In this document: one piece after another, positions 22,452 to 26,742 of the stretch
Layout of the letters: each line of letters starts with the position of its first letter
Position numbering within the stretch: the stretch's first letter is position 1
Source: Eledone cirrhosa
Lineage: Eukaryota
Length of the DNA: 26,742 bases
Direction: 5' to 3'
NCBI GenBank assembly: GCA_964016885.1
Contig: CAXHJY010000248.1
Span: 1-26,742, forward strand
The notes under the pieces: generated by a model
Seen by the model: only the letters and a program-made list of their open reading frames with translations
Databases searched by the model: none
What the model was told of the DNA's origin: nothing
Made by a program: the position numbers and the translations under genes

Positions 22452-23792
22452 TTTAAAAAATGCACGGACACCTTACACACTTACTTGGCGGCAGGTTGCT
22501 AAGTCCCATCCATATACTCCTCATAGTAGAGTATGCAACCTGTGCCTTGCCGAATCCCACTCTATTATATTTGCTAAATGCCCTCTACTAAATAGAAAGT
22601 CTGAAATTTTTTCCTCTTGCCCCCACCGAATATTAAGCTCTTTCTTCTACTTTAAACCTGTTAGCTAGCACGTCCTTATTCCTCCAGTTGGGCTGTCTTG
22701 TGTAACTGTCTCTGACTGTGTGTAACTGTCTCCTAATGTTGGTCGTCTATGTATACGAGTCTGTGAATGTATACGTATGCCTGTGGGAGGATATTGATCT
22801 TGATATTGGGGTGTGCAGGGGAGTGTATGTTAATAAGCACCCCTGTTTGGTACAGTGGATGTAACCCATCCACGCTGGCCTACCCACCATTAGTGCATTG
22901 GTGGACCTATCCTGACGTATATCTTGTTGATTTGTACCTCTGTATGCGCATGAGTTGTGATGTAATGTATTTATGTAAAGCGTATACTGTGATTTAGGCT
23001 GCACTAGTAGAAATTTAGCCTGTAACTGTGGCGGACCCGAGCCATCCTGCCGTAAGCAGTGGATATGCGGCGCATATATGTGTTGCCCTCATATTCTGTG
23101 GTTCAAGATCTATAGGCTGACCTCTGGGAACTCTTACCCGGGGTTGTAGTCTTTCTAGCACGATCGGCCTTCCTTATATTGACGGTCGTTTTTATGATCC
23201 CGAAAGTAACGTTTTGGCCCCGATGGCCCTCCGTAGTTACTAACGGTCTGTGTACACTCGAATCGGTCAATGGCACGTGCAGACATGAATATCTCCGTAG
23301 GATTTCAACTGTATTTTAATACATCTCATCGTATGTATTTGTTTGAATATATTACCTGTGGTGGTGGGTCTGATCTAATGTGGTATTTCGGTGTTTAATA
23401 TTTAATATTGTATTTAATATCGTATTTAATATCGACTTTGACCCGGGTATCCTACGCTCTGTGTGTGTGTGCGTGTGTGCCCGTGTGTACATTTATATGT
23501 GTATGGGTGTAGGTGGTTATATGTGTCTGTGTGTATATATATTAAAAAATATATATATATATATATGTATACCGTCTCTGCATGTGCATGTGATGTGTGT
23601 ACGTGCATATACGTACTGAACATATTGATGTGTACAATCTTGTGATGTCCCAATGCGGTGACTTAATGGCTTTTATATTTTGTATTTTGCATGCGCTACA
23701 ACTGTACCTGCCTGCTTTAACCTAACGCTTGCATGTGAATTCTTCTAACTCTTTTGATGCACCTTTCTGACCATTTGACTCCTGCCCGTGTT

Positions 23793-24153
23793 GAACCGGT
23801 TTGTGATTACCCCACCGCTCGAGTGATACTGGTGACTGTGACACTTAGCGCCTTCGTGGGCCCCTGATGTTCTCAAGAAATATATATTTTTAAAAAATTG
23901 GTGTGTGAACCGTTTGTGATTACCCCACCGCTCAACTGTGTGAATGCACACCCATGACTTTCGAGTGAACTTTCGAGACTGCCCAACCTGGGTCGCCTCC
24001 ATTGCCTTGCAATGGTCAAGTGATACTGGTGACTGTGACACTTAGTGCCTTCGTGGGCCCCTGATGTTTTCAAGAAATGTATTTTGAAGAATTGGTCAAG
24101 TGATACACATAACTGTGACATTTAGTGCCTTCGTGGGCCCCTGATATATTCAA
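23793..24153 (+). repeat. Internal direct repeats in PLE 3' UTR
   Basis: AGTGATAC..ACTGTGACAYTTAGYGCCTTCGTGGGCCCCTGAT three times (~23822, 24019, 24099); GTTTGTGATTACCCCACCGCTC twice (~23799, 23912). Confidence 0.9.
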
Positions 24154-24366
24154 TTTACTTTATTTCATTTTATTTCATTTTATTTTATTTCATTTCATGT
24201 TATCTAATTTTATTTATTTACTTATTTGACTCCATTTATTTATTTATTTATTTATTTATTTATATTTAAATTTGGATTTTAATTTTAAAATTTTAAAATT
24301 TAAATTTAAATTTTATTTATTTATTTAATATTTAATTTTTAATTTTTAATTTTTAATTTTTAATTT

Positions 24367-24418
<52 letters not shown>

Positions 24419-24930
24419 TTACATTTAATTACATTTAATTATACATATAATTATAATTACACATTTGATTTTAATTTTAATTTAGTCTTTGTTATTTGAT
24501 TTTAGTTTACCTTATTTTATCTTATTTTACGATTATACTATATTATGTTCTATGTATATAATTTTTTAATTTTTAATTGTATATTATTTTATCTCATTCC
24601 TTACCCTATATTTTATATTTTATATGTAAGTTTGTTATGTATTTCTTTGTATTTCTTTTTATATATATTATAAGTCTGTTTTTTACCTATTTTTTACCTA
24701 TTTTTTACCTATTTTTTACCTACTCTTACCTAATCCCATTATCTTATCTACTCTTGTCTGTTCTCTTATCCATGTGTCTACTCTTGTCTGTTCTCTTATC
24801 CATGTGTATGCTTGTATGTAACTATATGTTGACAGCACACCGCCCAACTGTGACAGATAGCACCCCTTATTTTTATTTTATTTTTATTTTCACTTTTATT
24901 TTTATTTACTTTTTATTCTTATCCTCTATC
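24154..24930 (+). repeat. T-rich low-complexity tract with (TTTA)n, 11-bp (TTTTTTACCTA)x3 and 30-bp x2 (24747-24806) repeats
   Basis: Direct reading. Confidence 0.85.
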
Positions 24931-24997
24931 GTCTATTATTACCTTTCATTCTTCAATGTCTTGGATTTGTTATTGCTTGTATGGTATGTAATTTAAC

Positions 24998-25055
24998 CTT
25001 TATGCTCTGATGAGTCCCACTTATAGTGTGGATGAAACAATGTTAGCAAGTAAAG
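24998..25055 (+). ncRNA. Type I minimal hammerhead ribozyme
   Basis: Stem I TGCT(25003-06)/AGCA(25045-48) extended by CTTTA/TAAAG; core CTGATGA 25007-13; stem II GTCC-CAC-TTATA-GTG-T-GGAT; GAAA 25034-37; stem III AC-AAT-GT; triplet GTT (cut after 25044). Confidence 0.85.
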
Positions 25056-25092
25056 ATATGCATATGCTATAAGCGTTCTTTGTTATTTATTT

Positions 25093-25574
25093 ATTATATA
25101 TGTATATATATATATGTGTGTATATGTATATATGTGTATATGTATATATATATACGTGTGTATATGTATATGTGTGTATATGTATATATGTGTATATGTA
25201 TGTATATATGTGTATATGTATATATATATGTGTATATTTATATGTATATATATATGTGTATATGTATATATATATATGTGTATATGTATATATATATATA
25301 TATGTGTATATGTATATATATATGTGTATATGAATATATATATGTGTATATGTATATATATATGTGTATATGTATATATATATATATGTGTATATGTATA
25401 TATTATATATATGTGTATATGTATATATATATATATGTGTATATGTGTATATATATATATATGTGTATATGTATATATATATATGTGTATATTATATATA
25501 TATATGTTATATGTATATATATATGGTATATGTATATATATGTGTATATGTATATAGTATATGTGTATATGTAT
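25093..25574. repeat. (TA)n/(TATGTG) microsatellite
   Basis: Direct reading. Confidence 0.95.
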
Positions 25575-26093
25575 ACATACAGTATATTGACACATGTATA
25601 TATATATATTATATCACACATATACATGATACACATACACTACACACACGATTCACATTACCACACACTATCACATCACACACAGATACACACTTCACAC
25701 ATCACACACAGACACACACACACCACTACACACACACATAGACACAGCACACACACTTCAGAGACACCACTCACACACACTACACAGACACACACACCAC
25801 ACACACACTTCACATAACACACACACTACTTCACTCACACTCACACACTACACATACTACACACACACTTACACATACACTTACACATACACACACACAT
25901 ACACATACACACACACATACACACATACACACACTATACACACACACACTACACACTACACACTCCACATCACTACACTCACACACACACTACACACATA
26001 CACATACACCACACACTCACACACACGACACACTCACACACACACTCACACACACTAGACACACACACACTCTACACACATACACACACACTA

Positions 26094-26126
<33 letters not shown>

Positions 26127-26742
26127 ACACACACTCACACACACACACACACACACACTCACACACACACCCACTCACACACTACACTCACACACACACA
26201 CACACACACACACCCACACACACACACACACACACACTCTCACACACACACCACACACACACACTACACACACACACACACACACACTACACACTCACAC
26301 ACACACACACCACACCACATCACACTCACACACACCTCACACACACACACACACTCACAACACACACACACACACTCCACACACACACACCACACACACA
26401 CACACACACTCACACTCACACACACACTACACACTACACACACACACACCCACATACACACACACACACACACCACACACACACACACACACACATACAC
26501 ACACTTCACATACACAGACACACACACATACACACTACACACACACCACACACACATACACACACACATACACACACCATCACACACACATACACACACA
26601 CACACACACACACTACACAGCCACACACACTCACACACACACACACATCACACACTCACACACCCACACACACACACACACACACACATACACACACACA
26701 CTCACACACACCCACACACACACACACACACACATACCACAC
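25575..26742. repeat. Degenerate (CA)n microsatellite, opposite polarity to rest of window
   Basis: Direct reading; many single-base indels. Confidence 0.93.

Noticed and set aside
23793-24153. CRISPR-like repeat-spacer pattern or hammerheads (CTGATGT..GAAA)
   Set aside because: Irregular spacing, three copies only; core is CTGATGT not CTGAnGA and no stems I/III.
24577-24996. Hydrophobic 139-aa ORF
   Set aside because: Translation of T-rich low-complexity UTR sequence.

Overview
Eukaryotic (most likely invertebrate metazoan; not determinable further) repeat-desert window: ~75% is strand-polarised (TA)n/(TATG)n/(TG)n microsatellite and nearly all ORFs in the track are artefacts of it. Embedded in it are three co-oriented Penelope-like retroelement (PLE) units, each ending in a type I hammerhead ribozyme (HHR) motif shortly before the next TA array: (A) 1-~4852, a GIY-YIG endonuclease C-terminus plus long repeat-laden 3' region ending in an HHR with an unusually long (~115 nt) stem II; (B) 5487-7242, a non-coding unit bounded by 285-bp inverted repeats, each carrying an HHR with the compensated U3-A8 core; (C) 20696-~25092, a 5'-truncated RT + GIY-YIG PLE frameshifted by one perfect 35-bp duplication, with a 2.4-kb 3' UTR and a canonical minimal HHR. 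There is also a short 3' remnant of an RTE-type LINE (C2H2 finger + hairpin + TATG tail) at ~7503-7740, higher-order duplications and an inversion in the microsatellite, and a switch to degenerate (CA)n at the right end. No host gene is supported.
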